From NCBI GenBank assembly GCA_963664115.2, contig CAXWPJ010000006.1, positions 160,001 through 224,000 on the forward strand: a stretch of DNA of 64,000 nt. The letters run 5' to 3'. The notes beneath the pieces are model-generated. The model did not search any database and had not been told where the DNA came from. It saw only the letters and a list, made by a program, of their open reading frames with translations. Below are positions 35,752-45,739 of this stretch, piece by piece (positions within the stretch are counted from its first letter, which is position 1; every line of letters starts with the position of its first letter). Position numbers and translations under genes: made by a program. Source of the DNA: Terriglobia bacterium (GTDB taxonomy: Bacteria > Acidobacteriota > Terriglobia > 20CM-2-55-15).

Positions 35752-37662
35752 TTAGACGTTGTCTTGCATCAGCTTAGTGAGGGCCTGGGTGAACCTCTTG
35801 GTGTCGGTGAGCGCGGAGCCTTCTGCAATCAAGGCGGAGCCCAGCAGTAGTTCGGCGTAGTCGTCGATCAGCGGATCGTCTTTGTCCGCCTGAACCCTTG
35901 ACTGCATCTTCTGGACGATTTCATGAGCCGGGTTCAATTCCATGATTCGCTTTTGCTTTTCCGTCCGGCCCTGTTGTACGCGCAATATCCGATCGAGTTG
36001 GGGGCTGAAGTCTTCTTCGGAAACGACCAGACAGGCTGGAGAGTCTGTCAGGCGGTTTGTCAGCCGGACCTCTGTGATATGAGCTCCCAGTTTCTTCTTG
36101 AGAAGGCCCATCAGATCCACGTATTCAACCTGCTTGGCATTGAGGTCTTTTCGAGCTTTGTTCTGCTCCTCATCGCTTCCCAGCGCGACCGTTCCTTTCC
36201 CAATTGATTTCAGCTTTTTTTCGTCGAATTCGGTCAGTGCCTGGACCATCAGTTCATCAACCGGATCGTTCAGGAACAGCACTTCCACATCCCGTTCTTT
36301 GAAAGCTTCCAGATGGGGTGAGTTTGCAATGGATTCGCGGGACTCCCCGGTCAGATAGAAGATCTCCTTCTGGTCCGACTTCATCCGCATCACGTACTCA
36401 TTGAGCGTCGTTTTCTTTTCGGGGTCATGCGAGGAATCGAACAGGATCAAGGGCGTAAGCCGGTCTTTGTTTTCAAAGTCAAAGCTGACGCCTTCCTTTA
36501 GGACCCGTCCGAAATGTTCCCAGAACGTGTCGTAGGCTCCCTTGTTGTTTTTGGAAAGATCCGCAAGCGCATCGATGACCTTGCGCGTGAGCCATTTCCT
36601 GATTTGTGCGATGTGCCGATCTTCCTGCAATCTCTGCCGCGAGATGTTCAGCGGTAGGTCGGAAGAGTCAACCATGCCTTTGACGAAGCGGAGGTACCGC
36701 GGCAGCAGATCCTCGCAGTTCTCCATGATCAGGACATTTCGAACGTAGAGTTGAAGACCAAATTTTCCCGTTTCGAAGAAGATGTCCATCGGTGCTTGGG
36801 ACGGAAGATAGAGCAAAGCCTGATATTCGATACGGCCCTCTGCCTTAAACGACAGGTGTTTCAACGGATCGTTCCAATCGCGGCTGATATGTTTGTAGAA
36901 CTCTTTGTATTCATCTTCAGTGACCTCTGAGGCTGGCCGCGTCCAAATCGGTTTCATGGAGTTGATCGGGCCTGAATCGGGTGTATCCTTCTTTTTGTCC
37001 GCTTCCTTGCCGGTCGGACGATAGTGGATCGGGTAAGTCACGAAGTCGGAGTACTGCTTCACGATTCGCTTGATGACCCAGTCCTCGGCGAAGTCCTCAA
37101 CTCCGCTTTCTGCATCGACCGGTTTGAGATGAAGTGTGACCGTGGTGCCGCGGCGAAATTTTTCGGATTCCGAAAGACTGTACTGCCCATCCCCGGAAGA
37201 TTCCCACAATGTGGCCTTGTCCTCTCCGGCCCGGCGCGTCACAAGCGACACACTATCGGCCACCATAAAAGACGAATAGAACCCGACACCAAACTGTCCG
37301 ATGAGTTTGTCGGTGAGTTCACTGGTCCCGCCCTTCAGGCTTTCCAGTAGTTCCCGCGTTCCCGATTTCGCGATCGTTCCAATATTCTGGACGACCTCGT
37401 CCCTGCTCATGCCGATGCCGCTGTCGTGGATGGTGAGCGTCCGGGCTTCCTTGTCGGATTCGATAATGATTTCGAAGAGTTCATCCTTGCCGAGCAGGTT
37501 CGGTTGCGTTAGAGCATCGACTCGAAGCCGGTCCAGAGCGTCCGATGCATTCGAAATGAGTTCTCTTAGAAAGATTTCCTTGTTCGTATAAAGGGAGTGG
37601 ATCATCAGATCGAGGACTTGCTTCGCCTCGGCCTGAAATTGCATTGTTTCCACCGTACTCAT
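35752..37662 (-). CDS. htpG: Hsp90 chaperone
   Basis: YTNKEIFLRELISNASDA, IGQFGVGFYS and DLPLNISR. Confidence 0.96.
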   Translation of the reverse strand: MSTVETMQFQAEAKQVLDLMIHSLYTNKEIFLRELISNASDALDRLRVDALTQPNLLGKDELFEIIIESDKEARTLTIHDSGIGMSRDEVVQNIGTIAKSGTRELLESLKGGTSELTDKLIGQFGVGFYSSFMVADSVSLVTRRAGEDKATLWESSGDGQYSLSESEKFRRGTTVTLHLKPVDAESGVEDFAEDWVIKRIVKQYSDFVTYPIHYRPTGKEADKKKDTPDSGPINSMKPIWTRPASEVTEDEYKEFYKHISRDWNDPLKHLSFKAEGRIEYQALLYLPSQAPMDIFFETGKFGLQLYVRNVLIMENCEDLLPRYLRFVKGMVDSSDLPLNISRQRLQEDRHIAQIRKWLTRKVIDALADLSKNNKGAYDTFWEHFGRVLKEGVSFDFENKDRLTPLILFDSSHDPEKKTTLNEYVMRMKSDQKEIFYLTGESRESIANSPHLEAFKERDVEVLFLNDPVDELMVQALTEFDEKKLKSIGKGTVALGSDEEQNKARKDLNAKQVEYVDLMGLLKKKLGAHITEVRLTNRLTDSPACLVVSEEDFSPQLDRILRVQQGRTEKQKRIMELNPAHEIVQKMQSRVQADKDDPLIDDYAELLLGSALIAEGSALTDTKRFTQALTKLMQDNV

Positions 37663-37751
37663 GCTTTGGGTCCTCCAATGTTCAACTCACTATTGTAGTC
37701 GCTTAGTGTCGGCGCGGTCCATGGGGGCCAAGGCACCGCAGGTCTCTACCA

Positions 37752-37817
37752 AACGAGAGGCGCAAAAACGTAGAGCTGGGTTTATTGCGTCCTTTTGCGT
37801 CACAGCGTCTTTGCGTT
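37752..37817. repeat. Degenerate palindromic CGCAAAG/CTTTGCG-type intergenic repeat
   Basis: gaggcgcaaaaacgtagag faces ttttgcgtcacagcgtctttgcg. Confidence 0.5.
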
Positions 37818-37875
37818 GCGTCTTTGGACGCGCGGATAGAATGTCCATTCTGAAGCCGGTGTATACTGCCCGGAA

Positions 37876-38796
37876 ATGATCGCCTTCCTTGTTAGACGAC
37901 TCCTACTCACCATCCCCGTCGTCTGGATTGTCGTCACCCTGGTATTCATGCTCGTGCACCTTGTCCCGGGGGATCCCGTGGCTCAGATGCTGGGTGAAGG
38001 TGCGGCAGTCACCGAAGTGGAACGGTTGCGCCAGGAATTGGGACTGGACCGTCCGATTCCGGAGCAGTACATTTCTTATATGTCGGGGATTTTTCGGGGT
38101 GACCTGGGAGTGTCGTTCAGAAATCAGGAAACGGTCGTGGAATCCATTGCCGAGCGGTATCCAGCGACAATTCAGCTGGCTCTGACAGCGGTTCTCTTTT
38201 CCTTTCTGATTGCCGCGCCTCTGGGCGTGCTGGCTGCCGTTCGTCGCGGGGGGATTGCCGACCGTTCGATCAGCATGTTCACGCTCATCGGCTTGTCGCT
38301 TCCCAATTTTGTCCTGGGTCCCCTGATGATCCTGTTGTTCTCGATCGAACTCGGATGGTTACCCGTTTCCGGTCGAGAGAGCCTGGCACATTTGATCCTG
38401 CCGGCATTTACGATGGGAGGTGTCATGGCTGCCATAACGACCCGGATGGTCAGGGCGTCGATGCTGGAAGAAATCCATCAGGACTACGTGCGGACCGCCA
38501 GAGCAAAGGGGCTATCCGAAACACGTGTGATGTTTAAACACGCACTTCAGAACGGCCTCATCCCTGTATTGACCGTAATGGGACTCCAACTGGGGAACCT
38601 GCTGGCGGGTGCCATCATCATCGAGACAATATTTTCCTGGCCGGGTATAGGCCAGCTGCTGTTTCAAGCTATAAGTGCGCGCGACTATCCCTTGGTGCAG
38701 GGCTCGATTCTCACGATCGCCCTTACTTACATCGTTATCAATCGTCTGACAGACCTTGCTTATTCTCTTGTGGATCCGCGAATCCGTTATGAGTGA
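37876..38796 (+). CDS. Peptide/nickel ABC transporter permease (DppB-like)
   Basis: PGDPV, GDLGVSF, DYVRTARAKGL, ETIFSWPGIG and DPRIR. Confidence 0.93.
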   Translation: MIAFLVRRLLLTIPVVWIVVTLVFMLVHLVPGDPVAQMLGEGAAVTEVERLRQELGLDRPIPEQYISYMSGIFRGDLGVSFRNQETVVESIAERYPATIQLALTAVLFSFLIAAPLGVLAAVRRGGIADRSISMFTLIGLSLPNFVLGPLMILLFSIELGWLPVSGRESLAHLILPAFTMGGVMAAITTRMVRASMLEEIHQDYVRTARAKGLSETRVMFKHALQNGLIPVLTVMGLQLGNLLAGAIIIETIFSWPGIGQLLFQAISARDYPLVQGSILTIALTYIVINRLTDLAYSLVDPRIRYE

Positions 38797-39634
38797 TCTT
38801 CTCCGTCGGAATAAGCTGGCGTTTGCGGGACTGGTGATTGTCGTGCTGATCTCTCTGACGGCGATTTTCGCGCCCTGGTTTGTTCCCTACGATCCCGGTT
38901 TGCAGCAGCTTCCGGACCGCCTGATGGGTCCGTCCCGCACTCACTTGTTTGGAACGGACGAACTGGGCCGGGATATTTTCTCACGTGTCCTGTTGGGTAC
39001 ACGTGTCAGCATGCGGGTGGGCGCAACTGTTGTGCTGTTATCCAGCCTGATTGGAGTTTTGATCGGGGGTGTGGCGGGCTTCCTTGGCGGCCGTTTCGAT
39101 GCATTCATCACGTCCATCGTAATCGATTCGTTTCTGGCGTTCCCTGGGATCCTCCTTGCCATAGCACTGGTTGCGTTTTTGGGGCCCGGATTGGACAGGA
39201 TCATTCTGGCGCTGGTTGCCATGGGATGGGTTGGATTCGCCCGGCTCGCCCGGGGACAAGTCCTCAAGGTGAAGACATTGGATTTCGTCGAAGCCGCCCG
39301 TGCGCTCGGTGCTTCGGGGCCCCGCGTCTTCTTTCTGCATGTCTTGCCCAATATCATTCAGCCTGTCATGGTCCAGGTCAGTGTCGGTATGGCGGTCGCC
39401 ATACTGGCCGAAGCGTCGCTGAGTTTTCTTGGTCTGGGCATTGCGCCCCCGACTCCCAGCTGGGGCGCCATGTTAAACGAGGGCCGCAATCATCTGTTTG
39501 AGGCGCCCCACATGATTGTTTTCCCATCCATCCTGCTGATGGCGACGGTCCTGTCGCTCAACCTGTTGGGTGACGGCATCCGTGACTGGCTGGACCCCAA
39601 AACCCTCTCCACGAACCCGACCACAGATCGCTAG
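38789..39634 (+). CDS. Peptide/nickel ABC transporter permease (DppC-like)
   Basis: HLFGTDELGRDI, FVEAARALGA, EASLSFLGLG and LGDGIRDWLDP. Confidence 0.93.
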   Translation: MSDLLRRNKLAFAGLVIVVLISLTAIFAPWFVPYDPGLQQLPDRLMGPSRTHLFGTDELGRDIFSRVLLGTRVSMRVGATVVLLSSLIGVLIGGVAGFLGGRFDAFITSIVIDSFLAFPGILLAIALVAFLGPGLDRIILALVAMGWVGFARLARGQVLKVKTLDFVEAARALGASGPRVFFLHVLPNIIQPVMVQVSVGMAVAILAEASLSFLGLGIAPPTPSWGAMLNEGRNHLFEAPHMIVFPSILLMATVLSLNLLGDGIRDWLDPKTLSTNPTTDR

Positions 39635-39644
39635 TTCGTTATTA

Positions 39645-39782
39645 ACCGCAAAGGCGCAAAGAAAAAAGTAAGAAATAAGAGAAGGGATAGGTCCGTTACT
39701 GGGGAGCTGACTGGATTCCAACGAAAGAGCTTTGGCAACCCATTCTGCCTTCTCTTCCTTTGCGTCTTAGCGCCTTGGCGGT
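39645..39782. repeat. Palindromic CGCAAAG/CTTTGCG-type intergenic repeat
   Basis: accgcaaaggcgcaaag (39645-39661) is inverted to ctttgcgtcttagcgccttggcggt (39758-39782), with 9-bp subunit periodicity. Confidence 0.7.
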
Positions 39783-39797
39783 GAAAAAATCCGAATC

Positions 39798-40064
39798 TTA
39801 AGTGCCGGTGGCGAGAAATTTGTCGTGGCACTCTTCGGAACAAAAATGGAAGGTTTCGGATCCGCGGGTCATGGTGAGAGATTGATCCTGGCTGACGTAA
39901 GTACCGCAGACGGGATCTTTTACGAGTTTGCCGGTCTTGCTCGCGCCAGAGCTTCCTCCTGTGGTTGATTTCTGCCCGGAGGCCGGTCCAAACATACCGC
40001 GCAGCGCTGAAATCGCGGCCATGACGATGACGAAGACCACTGCGACTCGGATGAGGAATCTCAT
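39798..40064 (-). CDS. Membrane-anchored YHS/TRASH-domain protein
   Basis: N-terminal TM; KDPVCGTYV...FHFCSEECHDKF. Confidence 0.85.
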   Translation of the reverse strand: MRFLIRVAVVFVIVMAAISALRGMFGPASGQKSTTGGSSGASKTGKLVKDPVCGTYVSQDQSLTMTRGSETFHFCSEECHDKFLATGT

Positions 40065-40072
40065 AAGCCCAC

Positions 40073-40666
40073 CTATTGAGTAACTGGATTGCCCCCGGCG
40101 GCTGCTATTCGCTCGCGGATCGAAGCGATTCCGGCATAGGTGGGCTCGATCAGTTCAATTTGCCGCAGCGCAGTCTGTGCTGAAACCACATCGTTTCTGC
40201 CATCGAGATAGGCCAGCGCAAGATTGTGAAGGGCCAGTGCATAGGTCGGGTCGGATTCGAGCGCCCTTTGAAATTCAAGTATCGCATCTTCGACACGTCC
40301 GGAACCGTACAGTGCAGTTGCCATTGCCGTTCGAACCGCCACATCTTCTGGAGTGATCTCCAGCGCTTGACTGAAGATCTCTGACGATTCCGTGTATCGA
40401 CCGAGGTCGAATAGATAATCCCCATAGCGGCTGAGGAGTTCGGGGTTGTTTGGATTGGCTGCGAGTGCTTCGGCGAAGAAGGCGAGCATGGTCTGGTCCG
40501 TGATTTCCGGATGGTCGGGGGCGACCCCCGCCCTCGGCGAACCGGCCAGGGTTTCCGCTTCCAGCTGCCGTCGGGATTCGAGCCGGTAACTGCCATATAC
40601 GTAAGCGAATGCAGAACCGAGGATGATTCCGAGCAGTGCGATGTGGATGTTCTTTGAGTTGAGCAT
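40073..40666 (-). CDS. Membrane-anchored TPR protein
   Basis: ATG 40666 chosen because the longer ORF overlaps the upstream gene; TM, PDHP motif, then TPRs. Confidence 0.8.
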   Translation of the reverse strand: MLNSKNIHIALLGIILGSAFAYVYGSYRLESRRQLEAETLAGSPRAGVAPDHPEITDQTMLAFFAEALAANPNNPELLSRYGDYLFDLGRYTESSEIFSQALEITPEDVAVRTAMATALYGSGRVEDAILEFQRALESDPTYALALHNLALAYLDGRNDVVSAQTALRQIELIEPTYAGIASIRERIAAAGGNPVTQ

Positions 40667-40727
40667 TGAAGGTGGATGGAGGGAAGGGTTCAAAGCCCTT
40701 CCCTCAAGAATGTTCAGTCGGTGCCGG

Positions 40728-41684
40728 CTACTGACCCGCCGAAGCTTGGGCCGCGGCGAGCAAGCCGCTGGCCGCCTCGGCATTGGGGCCGTCAGGTGCC
40801 AGTTCCAGGTATTTCTCGAAAGCCGGAATGGCATCTGGAATCGTAGTGGCGGCGCCGAAGTAGGCAATTCCCATCTGGTAGTAGGCCTCTGCGTTCGTCG
40901 GGTCCAGGGTGACGGCCCGCTCATAAGCCGCCGCAGCGTCTGCCATCCGTCCGGTATTGGTCAGCAGGACGCCCAGGTTGTAATAGGCGTCGCCACCGAT
41001 TTCAGGCCTCAACTGCGCGGCCTGATCCAGCGCTTCGATCGCCTCGTCGATCTGGCCGGCGTTTCCGTAGGCCACACCCAGATTGTTGTAGTATCCCGCT
41101 TCGGCTGGAGCCAGAAGAATGGCTTTCTGATAGGCATCGGCGGCATCGGTATGTCGACCCGCGCCCGCGAGAGCACCCGCCAGGTTCGCAAAGATGACGT
41201 GCTGCGTGTCGTCGTTTTCCACCGCAAGGGTGAATTGTTCGATTGCCTCTTCAAAATTGCCTGCATCGAGAGCCGCCCGGCCTACGTCGAACGCCGCCGA
41301 CGTGGCTTCGGCGCGTGCCCGCGCCTCCATCGCCGCCCGCGCTTCTGGTGTGTCGGCCAATTCCGGCAAGTTAAAGTCCGTTTCTTCTTCCTCACCAGAA
41401 TCGATGCTCAGACCATCCACGAACGTCAGGTTGGAACCGTTAACCTGCAGGGTGACCCTGTAGCTTCCCCTCGGGACGGCAATCCTGTATCGGCCGTCCG
41501 GCCCGGTTTCCGTTTCGAATTCTTGATTGATGTCCTGGCGTTCGATCAGCATAACGGCGCCAACCAGTGGCGAACCGTCAAAATCGATCACCTCACCTAA
41601 AATGGTGCCGGTCTGCGCTTGCGATGGGAGCGCAAAGGCCAGGACAAGCAGCGCCAGTGGCAAGACACGACAAGCAATTTTCAT
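40728..41684 (-). CDS. Exported TPR protein with an N-terminal carboxypeptidase-regulatory-like beta domain
   Basis: GGAGG RBS; signal peptide; GTILGEVIDFDGSPLVGA; several TPRs ending KYLELAPDG. Confidence 0.85.
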   Translation of the reverse strand: MKIACRVLPLALLVLAFALPSQAQTGTILGEVIDFDGSPLVGAVMLIERQDINQEFETETGPDGRYRIAVPRGSYRVTLQVNGSNLTFVDGLSIDSGEEEETDFNLPELADTPEARAAMEARARAEATSAAFDVGRAALDAGNFEEAIEQFTLAVENDDTQHVIFANLAGALAGAGRHTDAADAYQKAILLAPAEAGYYNNLGVAYGNAGQIDEAIEALDQAAQLRPEIGGDAYYNLGVLLTNTGRMADAAAAYERAVTLDPTNAEAYYQMGIAYFGAATTIPDAIPAFEKYLELAPDGPNAEAASGLLAAAQASAGQ

Positions 41685-41699
41685 AAGTACCTCCATCTG

Positions 41700-42416
41700 T
41701 TATACACCTGCAAACTGGGGTTTCGCCTCATACGGGATCGGGTCTGCCATGTCTGCTTCGTGAAAAGCCCGGAGCCGGAGCATGCAGCTGTCGCATGTGC
41801 CGCACGCGGCGCTCTCATGACCATAACAAGACCAGGTTTTATCCAAAGGCGCCCCAAGCTCGAAACCTTTACTAATAATATCTGATTTCCCCATGCGGAT
41901 CAGCGGTGCCACGACTTCGATCGTCGTCGCGGGCCGTGTGCCGATATCAATGAGAGCATTCATCGCGTCGTAGTACTCAGGACGGCAATCCGGGTACCCG
42001 GAACTATCCTCCGCAACGGCTCCGATGAAAATCTTTGCCGCACCAATCACCTCTGCCCACGAGACCGCGACTGAGAGAAAGTGGGCGTTTCTGAACGGAA
42101 CATAAGTATTGGGTATATTGCGATTCTCGAGATCTCCCTCCGGAATAGCGATCTCAGAGTCCGTCAAACTCGACCCGCCGATCGCTCCAAGATAACCCAG
42201 GTCAACGATCAACCGTCCTTCGATAGCGAAATAATCTGCTTGAGCCTCAAACGCTTCAAGTTCCCGCTGTTCGGTTCTTTGCCCGTAATTAGCGTGTAAT
42301 CCGAAGAGCTGATGGTCTGAGCGGGCGATCGCGGTCGTGACACAACTGTCGAGTCCTCCACTCATGAGAACCACGGCCCTTCGAGGACCGGATAAGGTCT
42401 GACTTGTTCCTGTCAT
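41700..42416 (-). CDS. queC: 7-cyano-7-deazaguanine synthase
   Basis: SGGLDS, TYVPFRN, GYPDCRP and TWSCY...CGTCDSC. Confidence 0.95.
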   Translation of the reverse strand: MTGTSQTLSGPRRAVVLMSGGLDSCVTTAIARSDHQLFGLHANYGQRTEQRELEAFEAQADYFAIEGRLIVDLGYLGAIGGSSLTDSEIAIPEGDLENRNIPNTYVPFRNAHFLSVAVSWAEVIGAAKIFIGAVAEDSSGYPDCRPEYYDAMNALIDIGTRPATTIEVVAPLIRMGKSDIISKGFELGAPLDKTWSCYGHESAACGTCDSCMLRLRAFHEADMADPIPYEAKPQFAGV

Positions 42417-42539
42417 ATGGATTTAGACCAACCCTCCTCAGTTTAGTTTTCCAGGGCCTCCAAAGTCAAAGCATTAGAAGGCTTGCTGTAGCACTGCCCG
42501 GCAATCGTAAACCTAGAGGAACGCGTGACTTACTCGGAC

Positions 42540-43199
42540 TTAAACACCTCTCAGGCCTGCGCCCCAAATGTACTTGTGGATTTGCAATTGGATACGGACA
42601 TCGAGACCGTCTGAGAGAACCCACTGGGAAAGCTCCTGAGCCGGCAGCAGGTCGTGCGCCGGTGAGAACAGCACGGTGTTGGGCTTGTGGGTGAGATGTT
42701 GCCGGTAGAATTCGCACGACCATTCATAGTCTTGACGCGACGAAATCACGAACTTAAATTCATCGTGGCTCGTTACCGATTCGAGGTTCCGTCCGTCAAA
42801 AGTTCCGCCTTCGCTGCTGTCGGGGCACTTTACGTCGATGATCTTGATTACTTTGCTGGGAACGAGAGCCAAAGCGACGTGACCCCCGGTTTCCAACATC
42901 ACGGTATAGCCCGCCTCAAGGAAGGAGTGCATCAGCGGATACACGCCGGCCTGTTCCATGGGCTCGCCACCGGTGATTTCAACCAGCCGGGTTGGATGTC
43001 GGGAAGCTTCGGTGAGAATTTGGCCAATGGTCATCTCTCGTCCGCCGCCGAACGCATACACCGTGTCGCAGTACGTACAACGAAGGCTGCAACCTGTCAG
43101 ACGGACGAATACACAGGGCTTTCCCGCATGGGATGACTCGCCCTGGATCGAATGGAAGATTTCCGTGACCTGCACGGTGTTGGCCGGTGAAGCCATCAT
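42540..43199 (-). CDS. queE: 7-carboxy-7-deazaguanine synthase (radical SAM)
   Basis: EIFHSIQGE, CSLRCTYCDT, TGGEP and QIHKYIW. Confidence 0.93.
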   Translation of the reverse strand: MMASPANTVQVTEIFHSIQGESSHAGKPCVFVRLTGCSLRCTYCDTVYAFGGGREMTIGQILTEASRHPTRLVEITGGEPMEQAGVYPLMHSFLEAGYTVMLETGGHVALALVPSKVIKIIDVKCPDSSEGGTFDGRNLESVTSHDEFKFVISSRQDYEWSCEFYRQHLTHKPNTVLFSPAHDLLPAQELSQWVLSDGLDVRIQLQIHKYIWGAGLRGV

Positions 43200-45100
43200 A
43201 GGTGTGTTTCTTCTACTGTGGCCGACTCTCCGCCGGAAAGAAATTTTTCCAGCTCTTCCACACGATCGACGATCAAGTAATCGGGAAGGCTGGCCAGAAA
43301 CAATTTGCCATACCCTTTGGTCCTCAAGCGGCTATCGAGGATGGCGAGAATACCGCGGTCTGTACGCGAACGGATCAGGCGTCCGAAGCCCTGCTTCAAT
43401 CTCAGTATTGCTGCCGGAACCTGATAGTCCGAGAAGGCGTTCCCGCCGTCGGCCTCAACTTGACGAATTCGAGCCTGTACAAGAGGGTCTGAGGGAACCT
43501 GAAAAGGCAATTTGTCGACGATGACGCAACTGAGCGCATCCCCCTTGACGTCGATTCCCTGCCAGAAACTCGAGGTCGCAAATAATACGGCGTTTTCCTT
43601 GCTGCGGAACTGTTCGAGTAAACGGCTCCGGCTTGTCTTCCCTTGTAGCAGGGTCGGGTAGGGAAGTCTTGGAGCCAGTATTTTGTAACAGGCCTGCATT
43701 TGCTGGTAGCTCGTGAAGAGAACGAATGCGCGTCCCCCAGAGACCGCAAGAACGCTCTCAATTTCGTCAGATGCTCTGCCCAGATATTCCGAGCTTCTGT
43801 AATCGGGAAGATCGGTGGGTATATAGAGTGCTGCCTGTTTCTGAAAGTCGAATTCGGTAGACAGGGTTTCCCCCTGGACGTCTCGAAGCCCGAGGCGAGA
43901 CTGCAGGTAAGCCGTCGATCCCCCGACTGTCAGCGTGGCTGATGTCAGGACGCATGTGGGAATTTTTTCGAAGAGACTCTCCCGAAGAAGAGGGGCCACG
44001 TCGATCGGGCATGCTTCCAGAAAGACGCCCCGCCCCCTCCGGTCGAGCCACGACACATAGTTGTCCGGATTGCCGTTTTTGAACACTTCCAGTTCGGAGG
44101 ATATTTCTCCAGACCGACGTGAAAGATTTTCCCACTCGCCACTCACATCCAATTGTTTCTTGAAACAGCGGCGGACGTCGGAGAGTGCGTCAATCAGCGG
44201 ATCGATTTCGTCCAATTCGGGCAGGGGATGTCGTCCATCTCGCAGAAGCATAAAGCGGCCGAAGAAGTGATCCGAGGCTCGGCCTAGTGCGTTGAGGGGG
44301 CCCTCTATCTGAACTTCCACTTGTTGGGCCAGAGACCTTGCATCGAAAACCAGTTCCTGGAGGCGGTAGTTGCTGACATGAAAACCAAAATAGCCGGTCG
44401 CTATATCTTCGAGTTCGTGGGCTTCGTCGAAGATGACGGCGGTGTAATCGGGCAGAATCTGTGCCATCTCCGACTCGCGTATCGCAAGGTCGGCGAAGAA
44501 CAGATGATGGTTCACGACGACGATGTCCGATTCCATGGCCTTTTGCCGCATCCGCGTCAAGAAGCAGCTTTCGAATTCTTCGCAGCGGCTGCCGAGGCAG
44601 CGGTCCCGCCGTGCGTCAAGCCGCGCCCAGAGCTCATCGTCATCCGAGATCCCATCGAGTTCGGCCCGATCGCCCGTTTCGGTCTTCTGCGCCCAGGCCT
44701 TGATTTCGCCAAATTTGTCCAGTTCCACCGGAGTGAAGAGTCCGTCCTCGGAAGAGGTATGCAGTTTTAACTTACAAAGGTAGTTGTTCCGGCCCTTCAA
44801 GTATGCGGCCCGAATCTCCCTGTCCAGGATCCGCTCGAGCAGCGGAATGTCCTTGTAGAATATCTGGTCCTGAAGCGCTTTCGTCCCGGTGGAGACCATG
44901 AGTCTCTGTCCATGCATCAGAGCGGGAGCCAGATAGGCCAATGTCTTGCCCGTCCCTGTCCCGGCTTCGACAATGGCGTGGTGGGAACCTTCGAGCGCCT
45001 GGGTAACGATTTTCGCCATCCGCTCCTGGGACGGCCGGGGTTCGTAGTCTTCGAGCTTTTCGGAGAGTAGACCGTTTGGTGAAAAGAAATCCTTCATCAA
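43196..45100 (-). CDS. DinG/YoaA-family ATP-dependent DNA helicase
   Basis: EAGTGTGKT, KGRNNYLC, Fe-S cysteines, FDEAH, TSATL and QGFGRLIR. Confidence 0.93.
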   Translation of the reverse strand: MMKDFFSPNGLLSEKLEDYEPRPSQERMAKIVTQALEGSHHAIVEAGTGTGKTLAYLAPALMHGQRLMVSTGTKALQDQIFYKDIPLLERILDREIRAAYLKGRNNYLCKLKLHTSSEDGLFTPVELDKFGEIKAWAQKTETGDRAELDGISDDDELWARLDARRDRCLGSRCEEFESCFLTRMRQKAMESDIVVVNHHLFFADLAIRESEMAQILPDYTAVIFDEAHELEDIATGYFGFHVSNYRLQELVFDARSLAQQVEVQIEGPLNALGRASDHFFGRFMLLRDGRHPLPELDEIDPLIDALSDVRRCFKKQLDVSGEWENLSRRSGEISSELEVFKNGNPDNYVSWLDRRGRGVFLEACPIDVAPLLRESLFEKIPTCVLTSATLTVGGSTAYLQSRLGLRDVQGETLSTEFDFQKQAALYIPTDLPDYRSSEYLGRASDEIESVLAVSGGRAFVLFTSYQQMQACYKILAPRLPYPTLLQGKTSRSRLLEQFRSKENAVLFATSSFWQGIDVKGDALSCVIVDKLPFQVPSDPLVQARIRQVEADGGNAFSDYQVPAAILRLKQGFGRLIRSRTDRGILAILDSRLRTKGYGKLFLASLPDYLIVDRVEELEKFLSGGESATVEETHL

Positions 45101-45295
45101 AGCTAAGTGTATACTCGCGAGGCAGGTTCGGGACGGTCACTTCGTCCGGCGGACTGAAAGCCGTCGTTTCTTTAAAGAGATGCAAAATCAAGTAACCGTG
45201 CCCAACCACTCCCCGGTTGGCTTGGGCGGAAATACCGTTTATCATGCATTTCTTTTGCTGAGAGGTCGTGTGCGAATGGCTGGTGGGCCGGTTTA

Positions 45296-45715
45296 ATGCT
45301 TCGAATTCCAGAAGGTGTAATGGCTCAGATCCATGCGCACATGGAAGAGACCTATCCCCACGAATGTTGCGGCTTGGTTATCGGTACAATAGATTCCCGG
45401 ATGAGACGTGCGGCCACATCCCGCAGGTGCGGGAACCTCAACACCGAGCGGGCCGTGGATCGCTACGAACTGGATCCCAGGGACATGTTGGCTGCCCAGA
45501 AGGAATTTGAAGACGGACCGCTGGATATTATCGGAATCTATCATTCACATCCAGACCATCCATCCCAGCCTTCCCAGTTCGACACCGATCACGCATGGCC
45601 GGGTTGGTCGTATATGATTGGGTCGGTGGAGAAGGGGAAGATCGGTCCGGTTCAGAGTTGGGAATTAAACGAATCCGAACACCGATTCGACGAAGAACGG
45701 ATGGAGATTGAATAG
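45296..45715 (+). CDS. JAB/Mov34 (M67) metallopeptidase, Mec-like
   Basis: YPHECCG and the JAMM motif YHSHPDHPSQPSQFD. Confidence 0.9.
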   Translation: MLRIPEGVMAQIHAHMEETYPHECCGLVIGTIDSRMRRAATSRRCGNLNTERAVDRYELDPRDMLAAQKEFEDGPLDIIGIYHSHPDHPSQPSQFDTDHAWPGWSYMIGSVEKGKIGPVQSWELNESEHRFDEERMEIE

Positions 45716-45739
45716 ATCGAGCAGGAGGACGCCCAGAGG

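Noticed and set aside
41700-45100. queC/queE next to a helicase as a 7-deazaguanine DNA-modification or Qat-type defence system
   Set aside because: QueC and QueE look canonical, with no DpdA/TGT-like, TatD or ATPase partners; the context is housekeeping.
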